From Dehalococcoidia bacterium (GTDB taxonomy: Bacteria > Chloroflexota > Dehalococcoidia > UBA2247 > RBG-13-53-26), in contig JAUCPZ010000294.1 in NCBI GenBank assembly GCA_030372995.1, forward strand, positions 1 through 21,488: a stretch of 21,488 nt of DNA, given 5' to 3'. Shown here piece after piece: positions 9,637 to 17,800 of the stretch. The position numbers and the translations under genes are program-made. The notes beneath the pieces are model-generated. The model was not told where the DNA came from and searched no databases. It saw only the letters and a list, made by a program, of their open reading frames with translations. Every line of letters begins with the position of its first letter. The first letter of the stretch is position 1.

Positions 9637-10665
9637 TCACGAATCGACGCCCTTTCCCATCAGATATGCGGCTACCTCCGCAAGCTGGCGCTTGGCCGGG
9701 GACCGCGGCAGCGCCCTATCCAGATCCTTGAGACACTTCCCATAGAAATCGTCCCTCATGCGCTCCGCGAAGGCCCTGGCATTCACTTCTTCCAGTATCC
9801 GGACGACCCGCGCCACGTTGGCGGTGGTTATCCGCTGCCTGAGGTAGATGTCCAGAAGCGCTTGCCGCTCCTCTCCCTTGGCGGTGTGAAGAGCGTAGAC
9901 TATCGGCAGCGTCTTCTTCTTGCTCCTGATGTCGGTGTACGGCGCAGCCTTCCTATCCTCCTCTTCCCCCCATATTCCCTGCAGGTCGTTCTGCACCTGG
10001 TACGCCATGCCCAGATTCCGGCCGAAGGAAGTGAGCAAGGAGACCAGGTTCTGGCGCCCCGCGCCCAGTGTAGCCCCGAAGTATACAGATGCGGCAAACA
10101 GCGCGGCGGTCTTCTTCTCTATCATGTCCAGGTACTGGTCGACGGTTATGTCCAAATGCTTCTCAAACTCGATATCCAGATACTGCCCTTCACACAGTTG
10201 CAGGCTGGCCTCATTCAGGCGTGTCGATAGCAGGATGACCTTCGACGGCGGAATGCCTTTCTCGCTCAATTTGAACAGGGCAAGCTGAGCCAAGACATAC
10301 ATGGCGTCACCGGCATTGATGGCCTGGGCCTCTCCCCACACCTTCCAGACCGTCGGACGCCGTCGCCGCTCCCAACTCTGGTCCTGGATGTCATCGTGTA
10401 TAAGAGAGAAGTTGTGGATCAGTTCGACGGCGGCTGCCGCGGGTAGCGCCGTGCGCCAGTCACCGCCGGTGGCTTCGCATGCCAGGAGGCACAGGGTGGG
10501 GCGGGACATCTTGCCCGGGCTCGGCTGGGCTCCGCCGCTCGCATCCACCCAGCCCAAGTGATACCGCATCATGGTATACAGGGGAGAGGTGCTTTCTCCC
10601 ATAACCGACCTCAACTCTGCTTCAAGGTCGCCCAGGTATCGGCGAAAAGCACTTGGCTGGTTCAT
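9637..10665 (-). CDS. polyprenyl diphosphate synthase family protein (trans-IPPS, IspA/GGPPS-like)
   Basis: The first Asp-rich motif LIHDDIQD...RRRRPT is present, along with KKT and the RSKKKTLPIVYAL region. The start is set at ATG 10665 (MNQPSAF...). The longer track ORF adds 23 residues with no homology. Confidence 0.85.
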   Translation of the reverse strand: MNQPSAFRRYLGDLEAELRSVMGESTSPLYTMMRYHLGWVDASGGAQPSPGKMSRPTLCLLACEATGGDWRTALPAAAAVELIHNFSLIHDDIQDQSWERRRRPTVWKVWGEAQAINAGDAMYVLAQLALFKLSEKGIPPSKVILLSTRLNEASLQLCEGQYLDIEFEKHLDITVDQYLDMIEKKTAALFAASVYFGATLGAGRQNLVSLLTSFGRNLGMAYQVQNDLQGIWGEEEDRKAAPYTDIRSKKKTLPIVYALHTAKGEERQALLDIYLRQRITTANVARVVRILEEVNARAFAERMRDDFYGKCLKDLDRALPRSPAKRQLAEVAAYLMGKGVDS

Positions 10666-10777
10666 ATTTCGAAACCCTGAGGGCCGGCTCGCTGCGAGTC
10701 TTCCGCCGTGCCTTGCGATGGCAAACGAGTGCAACTGGAAGAACCTCTGCCCGCTCTGGCGACAAGGCCTCGCGGCT

Positions 10778-12670
10778 CTAGCTACTCCTCCTTTGGTTAT
10801 GGAGAAGGGGCTGACGCAGGTCGGCGAAAGAACTGGTGATCTGAGAAGCTATCCCGGGTGCGTCGAGGTGATATCTGGTGCGGAGGGATTGCTGGGAAGC
10901 ATGCTCCACGAACTCATCCGGGATGCCCAGGCACCTTGTCTGTACGTCACACAGGCCATGTGACTGAAGGAGTTGCAGCACAGAGCTGCCGAAGCCTCCG
11001 GCCAATGTGTTTTCCTCCACGGTCAGCACTCGCTTGAGCTTGCTGGCCGTGTCTAAGATCAGGTCTGCGTCCAGAGGCTTGGCAAACCGGGCGTTTATCA
11101 CTGCACAATCCAGGCCTTTCTGTTCCAGTATCTGCGCTGCCTCCAAAGAAGGGTACACCGTGGTTCCCAAAGCCAGCACAGCGACGTCACGGCCGCTGCG
11201 CAGGATTTCTCCCTTTCCGATAGCGATGTCGTGCAAATCGGCGTCAAGACTGGCCCCGGGGCCTGATCCGCGTGGATAGCGTATGGCCATCGGACGGCCG
11301 ATTCTTGTCGCGGTGAACAGCAAGTGCTGCAGCTCATTCTCATCCTTCGGTGTCGCCACGATCAAGCCGGGAATGGTCCCGAGGTATGAAATGTCAAGGG
11401 TTCCCTGATGCGTCTTGCCGTCGTCGCCCACGATGCCGGCACGGTCGATGGCGAAGACCACGGGCAAACCCTGTATGCAGACATCATGGACTATCTGGTC
11501 GAAGGCCCTTTGCAAGAAGGTCGAATATATGGCCACTACCGGTATGAATCCTCTCGATGCCAGCCCAGCGGCCAGGGTGACGGCGTGCTGCTCGCAGATG
11601 CCAACATCGAAAACCCTCTTGGGGAATTCCCTCTGTGCCGGTGCCAGCCCAGTTCCGTCAAGCATCGCAGCCGTGATGGCCACTACCCGGGGATTCTCCC
11701 GCATCAGCCGGACCACGGTCTGCCCGAAGACTTGGCTGTAGGATGGGCCAGGCACAGACTTGGCTCCACTCGGGGCAATGCCATGGAATGTGACAGCATC
11801 CTCCTCGGCCGGAGGATAACCCTTGCCCTTCTTTGTGATCACATGAACGAAAGTAGGCTTGCTCTCGTAGTCCCGCGCCCTGGTCAATGCTGACTCAAGA
11901 CTCTTTATGTCATGGCCGTCTACCGGGCCGACATAGGTGAAGCCAAACTCCTCCCACAGCGCCCCGGGGACCAGTGCCCTCTTCACTCGCCCCTTGATCC
12001 GCTTCCCGGCGGCCCATGCCGGCTCGCCAAAGGGCAGGTGGCTGAAAGTGGCTTTGGCCCTTCTTTTCGCTGCCTCATATCGTGGGTCAAGGCGCATCCG
12101 GTTGAGGAATCTGGAGAATGCTCCCACGCTGGGGGAGATGGCCATGCCGTTATCGTTCAGGACAACGATCATCCTTGTACCGATGTGTCCCCAGTGGTTC
12201 AGAGCTTCAACTGCCATCCCGCCTGTGATGGCAGCATCCCCGATGACGGCCACGACGTGGTACCTCTCTCCGGCGAGGTCACGCGCTAACGCCATGCCAA
12301 GTGCTGCCGAGACAGAGTTGCTGGCATGGCCTCCGACGAAGGCGTCATGAACGCTCTCGGAGGGGTCGGTGAAGCCCGAGAGGCCACCTTGCTGCCGTAT
12401 GGTGGCAAACCGATCTCTGCGTCCCGTCAGGAGCTTGTGGGCATAGCTCTGGTGTCCGACGTCCCAGACAATCTTGTCAACAGGACTGTTGAAGACCCGG
12501 TGCAACGCGATGGACAGTTCCACCGCTCCCAGGCTCGAAGCGAGGTGCCCACCGTTGGCTGATATCCTTCCGACGAGCTCGCTCCTCAGCTCTTCAGCCA
12601 GCTTCTGCAGTTGATCAAGAGACAAGCTCTTGAGGTCGGATGGCTGGTTGATGGAATCCAGAATGCCCAC
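10778..12670 (-). CDS. dxs: 1-deoxy-D-xylulose-5-phosphate synthase
   Basis: LDSINQPSDLKSLSLDQLQKLAEELR, GGHLASSLG, VIGDAAITGGMAVEALN and ILNDN-type motifs are present, plus transketolase-like C-terminal domains. The start is set at GTG 12670, with GGGAG 9 nt upstream. TTG 12700 is an alternative. Confidence 0.92.
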   Translation of the reverse strand: MGILDSINQPSDLKSLSLDQLQKLAEELRSELVGRISANGGHLASSLGAVELSIALHRVFNSPVDKIVWDVGHQSYAHKLLTGRRDRFATIRQQGGLSGFTDPSESVHDAFVGGHASNSVSAALGMALARDLAGERYHVVAVIGDAAITGGMAVEALNHWGHIGTRMIVVLNDNGMAISPSVGAFSRFLNRMRLDPRYEAAKRRAKATFSHLPFGEPAWAAGKRIKGRVKRALVPGALWEEFGFTYVGPVDGHDIKSLESALTRARDYESKPTFVHVITKKGKGYPPAEEDAVTFHGIAPSGAKSVPGPSYSQVFGQTVVRLMRENPRVVAITAAMLDGTGLAPAQREFPKRVFDVGICEQHAVTLAAGLASRGFIPVVAIYSTFLQRAFDQIVHDVCIQGLPVVFAIDRAGIVGDDGKTHQGTLDISYLGTIPGLIVATPKDENELQHLLFTATRIGRPMAIRYPRGSGPGASLDADLHDIAIGKGEILRSGRDVAVLALGTTVYPSLEAAQILEQKGLDCAVINARFAKPLDADLILDTASKLKRVLTVEENTLAGGFGSSVLQLLQSHGLCDVQTRCLGIPDEFVEHASQQSLRTRYHLDAPGIASQITSSFADLRQPLLHNQRRSS

Positions 12671-12721
12671 TTCAGACGGCTCCCGGGCCCTCGGCCGCAA
12701 CGGACTCGCTGCGCATTGAGA

Positions 12722-13162
12722 TCACCTGTTCTCCAGAGCTTTAATCTTCTCCAAACGGGCCACGTGTCTTCCGCCTTCGAACTCGGTATCCAGAAAGGCC
12801 GTCAGTATCTCCTTAGCCAGTCCTGGTCCCACCACATCTTGGCCCAGGCATAGAACATTCGCGTCGTTGTGCAATCTCGTACGCGAAGCCGTGTAGACGT
12901 CCTGACATACCGCGGCCCTGATGCCCTTCACCTTGTTGGCCGCCATACTCATCCCAATGCCACTGCTGCATACCAAGACGCCAAACCTGAAGTCTCCTCT
13001 GGCAACGGCCTCGCCGACCCTCTTGGCGATGTCTGGGTAGTCTACTGCGGCGCTGTCATAGCAGCCGAAATCCTGGCACTCGTCGCCTCTCTGGGCGATG
13101 ACGTCGATTGCCAACTGCTTGAGGTTTCGGCCTCTGTGGTCACAACCCAGTGCTATCCGCAT
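12722..13162 (-). CDS. rpiB: ribose-5-phosphate isomerase B
   Basis: MRIALGCDHRG..., VLVCSSGIGMSMAANK and RLHNDANVLCLG match the RpiB/LacAB family. The start is set at ATG 13162, because a consensus promoter lies inside the longer track ORF. Confidence 0.9.
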   Translation of the reverse strand: MRIALGCDHRGRNLKQLAIDVIAQRGDECQDFGCYDSAAVDYPDIAKRVGEAVARGDFRFGVLVCSSGIGMSMAANKVKGIRAAVCQDVYTASRTRLHNDANVLCLGQDVVGPGLAKEILTAFLDTEFEGGRHVARLEKIKALENR

Positions 13163-13198
13163 CGGTCTATTCTGAACTACGTGCCACCCTGCGAGTGT

Positions 13199-13228
13199 AT
13201 TATAAGCTTGGCAGCAAGCACTATTCAA
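13199..13228 (-). promoter_or_regulatory. putative promoter of the rpiB-dxs... gene string
   Basis: On the minus strand: TTGAAT (13228-13223), an 18-nt spacer, then TATAAT (13204-13199). It lies about 35 nt upstream of the rpiB ATG. Confidence 0.5.
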
Positions 13229-13347
13229 TCGGAATCCTTCAGCGGTGATAGGTCCTGATCGCAAATCTTAGGAAGTCGCCGCACAACTCAGATGTCCTCA
13301 CCAGACGCCGGTTTCAACCCTGGTCTTCGTTGAGCACCCGGGTGGTG

Positions 13348-13376
13348 TTTCCAAAGGGTATGACGGTTGTTATAAT
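13348..13376 (+). promoter_or_regulatory. putative extended -10 promoter of the LiaF-like gene
   Basis: TGtTATAAT, with TATAAT at 13371-13376 and TG at 13368-13369. A weak -35 TTTCCA lies 17 nt upstream. Confidence 0.45.
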
Positions 13377-13434
13377 GGCACAACAGGTATCCTGAGCGAT
13401 CAGTTCAAGTGAACTGGAAAGGGAGGTGCCAAGC

Positions 13435-13776
13435 ATGAGGAATATCGGGATCTTCGGCGTGTCGGCGTTCGGTCAGGGCCCTTGGCGGCCGGGGAAGAAG
13501 GTGTGGGCCATTGCCATCGTTGGTGCCTCTGAGATCGACTTCCGTCAGGCTCAGCTCGAGGAGGGCGTGACGAACGTCACCTGCATCACCATCTTGGGCA
13601 CCAGCAAGATCATCACGCCTCCGGAGATGCCGGCAACCCTCACCGGGCTGTCGATTCTCGGAGTCAGGAGTACTAAGCGGCAACTGGCCAAGGAAGTGCC
13701 TCCGAGCACGGCCAAGAGCCTTAAGATCAGCTGCTTCACCCTTGCGGGCACCTTCAGAATTACCGACAAAGCCTAG
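13435..13776 (+). CDS. LiaF-like C-terminal domain (DUF2154-like) protein, stand-alone
   Basis: The ATG is preceded by GGGAGG at a spacing of 8 nt. Repetitive beta-strand pattern: ...IVGASEIDFRQAQL.., ..ILGTSKIITPPEMP.., ..ILGVRS.., KISCFTLAGTFRI. From memory this resembles the LiaF/YvqF C-terminal domain. No TM segment is present. Confidence 0.5.
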   Translation: MRNIGIFGVSAFGQGPWRPGKKVWAIAIVGASEIDFRQAQLEEGVTNVTCITILGTSKIITPPEMPATLTGLSILGVRSTKRQLAKEVPPSTAKSLKISCFTLAGTFRITDKA

Positions 13777-13853
13777 CCGGTATTGGCAGAATCTGGGCGT
13801 CCTGCCATGACTGTCTGCGGTGGGATACGGTGGCGGATGCCCGGATGCCAAGC

Positions 13854-15401
13854 TCAGTGCTGTTTTTCCACGGACCAGATCTTCGCTATTTGCCCCGCTT
13901 GATGCAGGTGTGCTATGGACTCCGCCGCTCCTTTGAGTGACAGGAAGAACGGTATCTCTTCTGCCAAACAGATCGCCTGCATCTTTCGTGATTCGCGCCA
14001 CGAAGCGTCGGTAACAATCGAATGGAAGACCACCGCGGACGGGAGATGGCATGTCCTGACAGCGGTCAGAACGGGCTCGACTGTTGCCGCCGCCCAATTG
14101 GAAGCGGGTACCGGAGGTGTATCGAAAGGGAAATGAAAGATGACCGCGTCAATATCCGGCCAATTCTCAAGAAGACTCATGAAGTCGCTCCACCCCTTGT
14201 CGCCGGCGTGGGCGTTGCCGGACTTGCCGCCTTGGGCACGTTTCTTGTACAGGATCAGCCTGCTGAGCGGGAATGCGTCAATCGGATTGCGTAGCATGCC
14301 GCCAGCCGGCGGGATTATCTGTGCCATCCTCTCCTGGATAGAAGGTGGGATGGGTGGCAACCTGAGGCCCGCCTTTTCCATCTCGTCCGTTGCCACTACG
14401 CTGGCTCCGCCGCCTATTCCCACCACACACGTGTTCAGTCCCTTGGGGCGCTTCATCTGTACCAGCGCCACCAGCATGTCGATCATCTCTTCGATACTGT
14501 TGACGCGAATGGCACCGGTCTGCCGGATGATCCCGTCCCAGATAACCTCGCTTCCTGCCATGGCTCCTGTGTGAGATGCAGCAGCCCTCCCCCCGGCCTC
14601 CGTGTAGCCCCCCTTGTAGACCACCACGGGCTTGACTGCGGCGGCTCTGGATAGGACGTCCGCGAACCTTCTCCCGTCCGAAGTGCCCTCAATGTAAGCG
14701 GCGATGACTTTGGTCCCCCGGTCATCCGCAAGGTACTCCAGGATGTCGCACTCGTTGACGTCGCAAGCGTTGCCATAGCTGATGCCCTTGCTGAACCGCA
14801 GTCCCCTCGCAGCTGCGCTCCGGATCAGGAAGACGGCATTGCCGCCGCTTTGGCAAAGAAAACCGATGTTCCCCGGCTCCTTTGGCAGATCCGGGGAGAA
14901 ACTCATGCCCCAGTCGGGACAGTAGACCCCCATGCAGTTGGGGCCGATGAGACGGATGCGGGCTCGGCGGGCGATTTCCAGCAAGCGGTCTTGTAGCTTG
15001 ATGCCCGATGACAGGCCCGTTTCCGTGAAACCGGCGGTGTAGAGCTGAAGTACCTTGACCCCGACGGCTCGGCATTCCTCGAGGAGATCGGGGGTCTGCT
15101 GCGCTGGAATACAAGAGACGACGTAATCCGGCGGCTCCGGCACCTCGGAAAGACTGGTGTACACGCGTATGTGGCCAATGTGACCGCCCTTGCGGTTAAC
15201 GGGATAGATAGGCCCCTTGAAGCCCGCCTCAAGGGGTGCCTGAAGGTACATCCGATTGAGCCAGGTTCCGTGAGGGTCGGGAGAGAGACCGACTACGGCC
15301 ATGGAGCGTGGATGGAACGCGTATTCCAGGCTCGGTTCTCGTGATGAATCAGAGAGCGGCATTGGTCGAGTGAGACCTCCTGGCTCGTGAACACAGCTCA
15401 T
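13854..15401 (-). CDS. CoA-binding / NDP-forming acyl-CoA synthetase alpha-type protein
   Basis: It has a CoA-binding Rossmann start (PRSMAVVGLS...PIYPVN), a succinyl-CoA-ligase-like domain (IGPNCMG, FLCQSGG) and a phospho-His loop (ASHTGAMAGS). An alternative ATG at 15362 would overlap the PHP stop by 14 nt. No ATP-grasp subunit occurs in this window. Confidence 0.8.
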   Translation of the reverse strand: MSCVHEPGGLTRPMPLSDSSREPSLEYAFHPRSMAVVGLSPDPHGTWLNRMYLQAPLEAGFKGPIYPVNRKGGHIGHIRVYTSLSEVPEPPDYVVSCIPAQQTPDLLEECRAVGVKVLQLYTAGFTETGLSSGIKLQDRLLEIARRARIRLIGPNCMGVYCPDWGMSFSPDLPKEPGNIGFLCQSGGNAVFLIRSAAARGLRFSKGISYGNACDVNECDILEYLADDRGTKVIAAYIEGTSDGRRFADVLSRAAAVKPVVVYKGGYTEAGGRAAASHTGAMAGSEVIWDGIIRQTGAIRVNSIEEMIDMLVALVQMKRPKGLNTCVVGIGGGASVVATDEMEKAGLRLPPIPPSIQERMAQIIPPAGGMLRNPIDAFPLSRLILYKKRAQGGKSGNAHAGDKGWSDFMSLLENWPDIDAVIFHFPFDTPPVPASNWAAATVEPVLTAVRTCHLPSAVVFHSIVTDASWRESRKMQAICLAEEIPFFLSLKGAAESIAHLHQAGQIAKIWSVEKQH

Positions 15402-15912
15402 CGAGGTCTATCTCGTTGTAGTAGTACCCGATGTCTCCGAGTGAATGGGCATCACTGTTACTCAGAAGCAGGAGGTCGTGCTTCTTGGCCAGCCACCTTA
15501 TCATTTCCTTGTCCATCTCGTCATCGTGCCCGGGGTTTCCGATCTCCAGGCCATGGATATTGCCGTCGATGTGCGAGCCGAGGTCCTTGATGTGGGGGTG
15601 TCCGGGATGGGCAATAAACCTGAACACAGCATGGCCTGGGAGGTACAGTTCAACCAGGTGGAACAATCCTTTCTCAACGCCCAGGAACACCCGGTCAACC
15701 TCCTTGCCTGGAATGATCAGTATCTCATCGTCGAAATGCCGGTGGACGATGTCTCTCACTTCGCAGGCGTACGTGTGGGTGTAGTGTTCCGTGATGGCAA
15801 TGCCGTCCAATCCTCGAGCCCTGACGGCGGATATGATTCGGCCAACGATATCCGGGGTAGGGTTGGGGCTGGCCGTCGCCTCGCGGCAGTGGGTATGGAG
15901 ATCGAGCTTCAA
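15349..15912 (-). CDS. PHP-domain metal-dependent phosphoesterase
   Basis: The N-terminus reads MKLDLHTHC. GLDGIAITEH and a C-terminal SNSDAHS are typical PHP metal-ligand motifs. The start codon is TTG. Confidence 0.75.
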   Translation of the reverse strand: MKLDLHTHCREATASPNPTPDIVGRIISAVRARGLDGIAITEHYTHTYACEVRDIVHRHFDDEILIIPGKEVDRVFLGVEKGLFHLVELYLPGHAVFRFIAHPGHPHIKDLGSHIDGNIHGLEIGNPGHDDEMDKEMIRWLAKKHDLLLLSNSDAHSLGDIGYYYNEIDLDELCSRARRSHSTNAAL

Positions 15913-16003
15913 GCTATTGGAATCCTATCTGGCCGTCCGCGGCGGATAAGTCAGCCGGGCGGGAGGGTGGCCCCATCGCCGAGGAAAGCGCAGCACCGAA
16001 TGG

Positions 16004-16336
16004 CTACCACACCTCTACCCGGGCGCCGGGGTACTTCTTCCCCAGGGACTGCACCAGATCGTCCCGGACCGCCTTGTCCTCTATGGTGTCTACTTCCGAT
16101 ACGTCGGGCTTCGCTCCAGTCCCTCGCACGTGCCTCTTTACCAGGAATCCCGGAACCTGAATATAGCTCCAACTGGCACAACCACAGCACGAGGAGTCAA
16201 TGCAGGCATCACCAAGAAGCAGAAGGACTTCCCTTCCATTGTAGATGATGGTCTGTTCTTCGCGCGGGACATAGTAGCCAGCCAGGCTGCGGATTTCCTG
16301 TCCGAGTTCCGGGTGAGTGAATTCCATCTTGGCCAT
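16004..16336 (-). CDS. hypothetical small Cys-rich protein
   Basis: A 110-aa ORF from ATG 16336, with GGAGGG 6-7 nt upstream. It contains a CIDSSCCGC cluster. I recognise no family. Confidence 0.55.
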   Translation of the reverse strand: MAKMEFTHPELGQEIRSLAGYYVPREEQTIIYNGREVLLLLGDACIDSSCCGCASWSYIQVPGFLVKRHVRGTGAKPDVSEVDTIEDKAVRDDLVQSLGKKYPGARVEVW

Positions 16337-16473
16337 GTCTCGCCCTCCGCGGTCGCGCTGCTCTAGATTATAGCATAGAAGGCGCGGCAAGCTCAGCCCG
16401 ACGGAATGAACCTGGATGAGCAGCGCTGGTCTGGATAGCTAGGGCCTGGGTGACGGGGACTCCTAAACCGTTG

Positions 16474-16502
16474 GTGACAGAAATGTCTGGTTATCATAGA
16501 AT
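16474..16502 (+). promoter_or_regulatory. putative promoter of the CoA-transferase pair
   Basis: GTGACA (16474-16479), a 17-nt spacer, then TAGAAT (16497-16502). It lies about 65 nt upstream of ATG 16568. Confidence 0.45.
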
Positions 16503-16567
16503 ATGGCTTGTTGACGCGATCCTGGGGGGACCTGCTCTCAAGAAATGCGCTGAAAGGAGGTTGTTCT

Positions 16568-17785
16568 ATGTCAGAGCATCAAGAAGGGGCGCTCAGCGTC
16601 TATCGGGTCCTTGATCTTACCGACCAGAAGGGTGCCTTCTGCACCAAGATACTCGCGGACTTGGGCGCTGATGTCATCAAGATCGAGAGGCCTGAGGGGG
16701 ACGCCACACGGAGAATCCCGCCTTTCGCGGGTGATGTGCCCCACCCCGAAAGGAGCCTGTACTTCCTCTTCCGCTACGCCAACAGAAGAGGGATCACTCT
16801 CAACCTAGAGACTACCGATGGCAAGAGAATCTTCGAGAAACTGGTCAAGAAGGCGGATGTCCTGGTGGAAACCTTCCGTCCGGGCTACATGGCCAGTCTG
16901 GGGCTTGACTACCCAGCTCTCAGAAAGACCAACCCCGGATTGGTCATGGCTAGCATCACCGAGTTCGGCCAGAACGGACCCTACAGGGACTGGAAGGGGT
17001 CGGACATTGTCAACTATGCCATGAGCAACACCATGATTACCAGCGGATTCCAGGACGGGGCGCCCATCAACCTGCCGGGAACACCATCCTGCGACGCCGC
17101 ATCCATTATTGCAGCCATTTCTATAGTCACAGCGCTCTACATGCGCGGCAAAGACGGACAGGGCCGGTACATCGACACGTCAGTGCACGAATGCTCGCGC
17201 CTGGCTCTGTACCCCTGGATGCTGCCCATGTACTCGTATAACGTGAATCCCGGGATGCCTCCTCCTCCTCCGGAAGGACGGCTCGGTGCCATGATCTATC
17301 CCGTCTATCCCTGCAAGGACGGGTTCATCCGCGTGGTCGCCCTCACTCCCAGGCAGTGGGATGGGCTGGTACGTGTCCTTGGCGATCCGGAGGTGCTAAA
17401 GACACCTCAGTGGCGCGAGTTCTACTACCGCATTGCAAATGCTGCGGACCTGTATGCGATCATGCTGGAGTTCACCATGCAGTTCACTATGCTGGAGCTC
17501 TTCGAGAAGGGGCATCAGGAGGGCGTGCCGATCGTTCCCATCTACACTGTGGAAGGGTTCACCAATAGCCCCCAGACCGAAGCCCGAAAGTTCTACTCCG
17601 AGATGAAGCATCCGGTGATTGGCAAGTTCAAATATCCTGGGCCTCCCTACAAGTGGTCGGGGACGCATTGCGAGACGAAGCGGCCCGCACCGACGTTGGG
17701 ACAGCATAACGAGGAGATATACTGCAAGGAGCTCGGTCTCTCAAAGCAGGAGTTGGCTGCCCTGCGCCGGGCCGAGGTCATATAG
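16568..17785 (+). CDS. family III CoA-transferase (CaiB/BaiF/Frc family)
   Basis: YRVLDLTDQKGAFCTKILADLGADVIKIERPEGD is the hallmark N-terminus. The C-terminus has APTLGQHNEEI. The start is set at ATG 16568, with GAAAGGAGG upstream. Confidence 0.9.
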   Translation: MSEHQEGALSVYRVLDLTDQKGAFCTKILADLGADVIKIERPEGDATRRIPPFAGDVPHPERSLYFLFRYANRRGITLNLETTDGKRIFEKLVKKADVLVETFRPGYMASLGLDYPALRKTNPGLVMASITEFGQNGPYRDWKGSDIVNYAMSNTMITSGFQDGAPINLPGTPSCDAASIIAAISIVTALYMRGKDGQGRYIDTSVHECSRLALYPWMLPMYSYNVNPGMPPPPPEGRLGAMIYPVYPCKDGFIRVVALTPRQWDGLVRVLGDPEVLKTPQWREFYYRIANAADLYAIMLEFTMQFTMLELFEKGHQEGVPIVPIYTVEGFTNSPQTEARKFYSEMKHPVIGKFKYPGPPYKWSGTHCETKRPAPTLGQHNEEIYCKELGLSKQELAALRRAEVI

Positions 17786-17800
17786 GAAGGAGACTGGGAA

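Noticed and set aside
9568-10230. 220-aa plus-strand ORF, and other long ORFs antisense to the polyprenyl synthase, dxs, hisA and permease genes (e.g. 4392-5003, 11408-11893, 8768-9136)
   Set aside because: All overlap genes with clear family motifs on the other strand. All lack motifs and RBSs of their own. They are shadow ORFs of GC-rich coding sequence.
12160-12260. dxs thiamine-diphosphate motif reads GDA rather than GDG (VIGDAAITGGMAVEALN)
   Set aside because: It is a conservative variant of the GDG-x(n)-NN motif. The downstream LNDN and the rest of the protein are intact. It is not enough to suggest altered function.
13163-13264. 34-aa N-terminal extension of rpiB (and similar extensions of dxs to 12700 and of the polyprenyl synthase to 10734)
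   Set aside because: RpiB homologs start at MRIALGCDH. A TTGAAT-18-TATAAT promoter lies inside the extension. For dxs and the synthase, the internal starts match ortholog N-termini, and dxs GTG 12670 also has the better RBS.
13405-14097. 230-aa minus-strand ORF spanning the LiaF-like gene and the end of the acyl-CoA synthetase gene
   Set aside because: It is an Arg/Gly/Pro-rich low-complexity translation with no RBS. It runs antisense to an ORF with a strong RBS and promoter, and overlaps the 3' end of a well-supported gene. This is a typical high-GC shadow ORF.
15445-16248. 267-aa plus-strand ORF
   Set aside because: It is entirely antisense to the PHP-domain gene and the Cys-rich small gene. 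It has no recognisable motifs and an Arg/Pro/Gly-rich composition.
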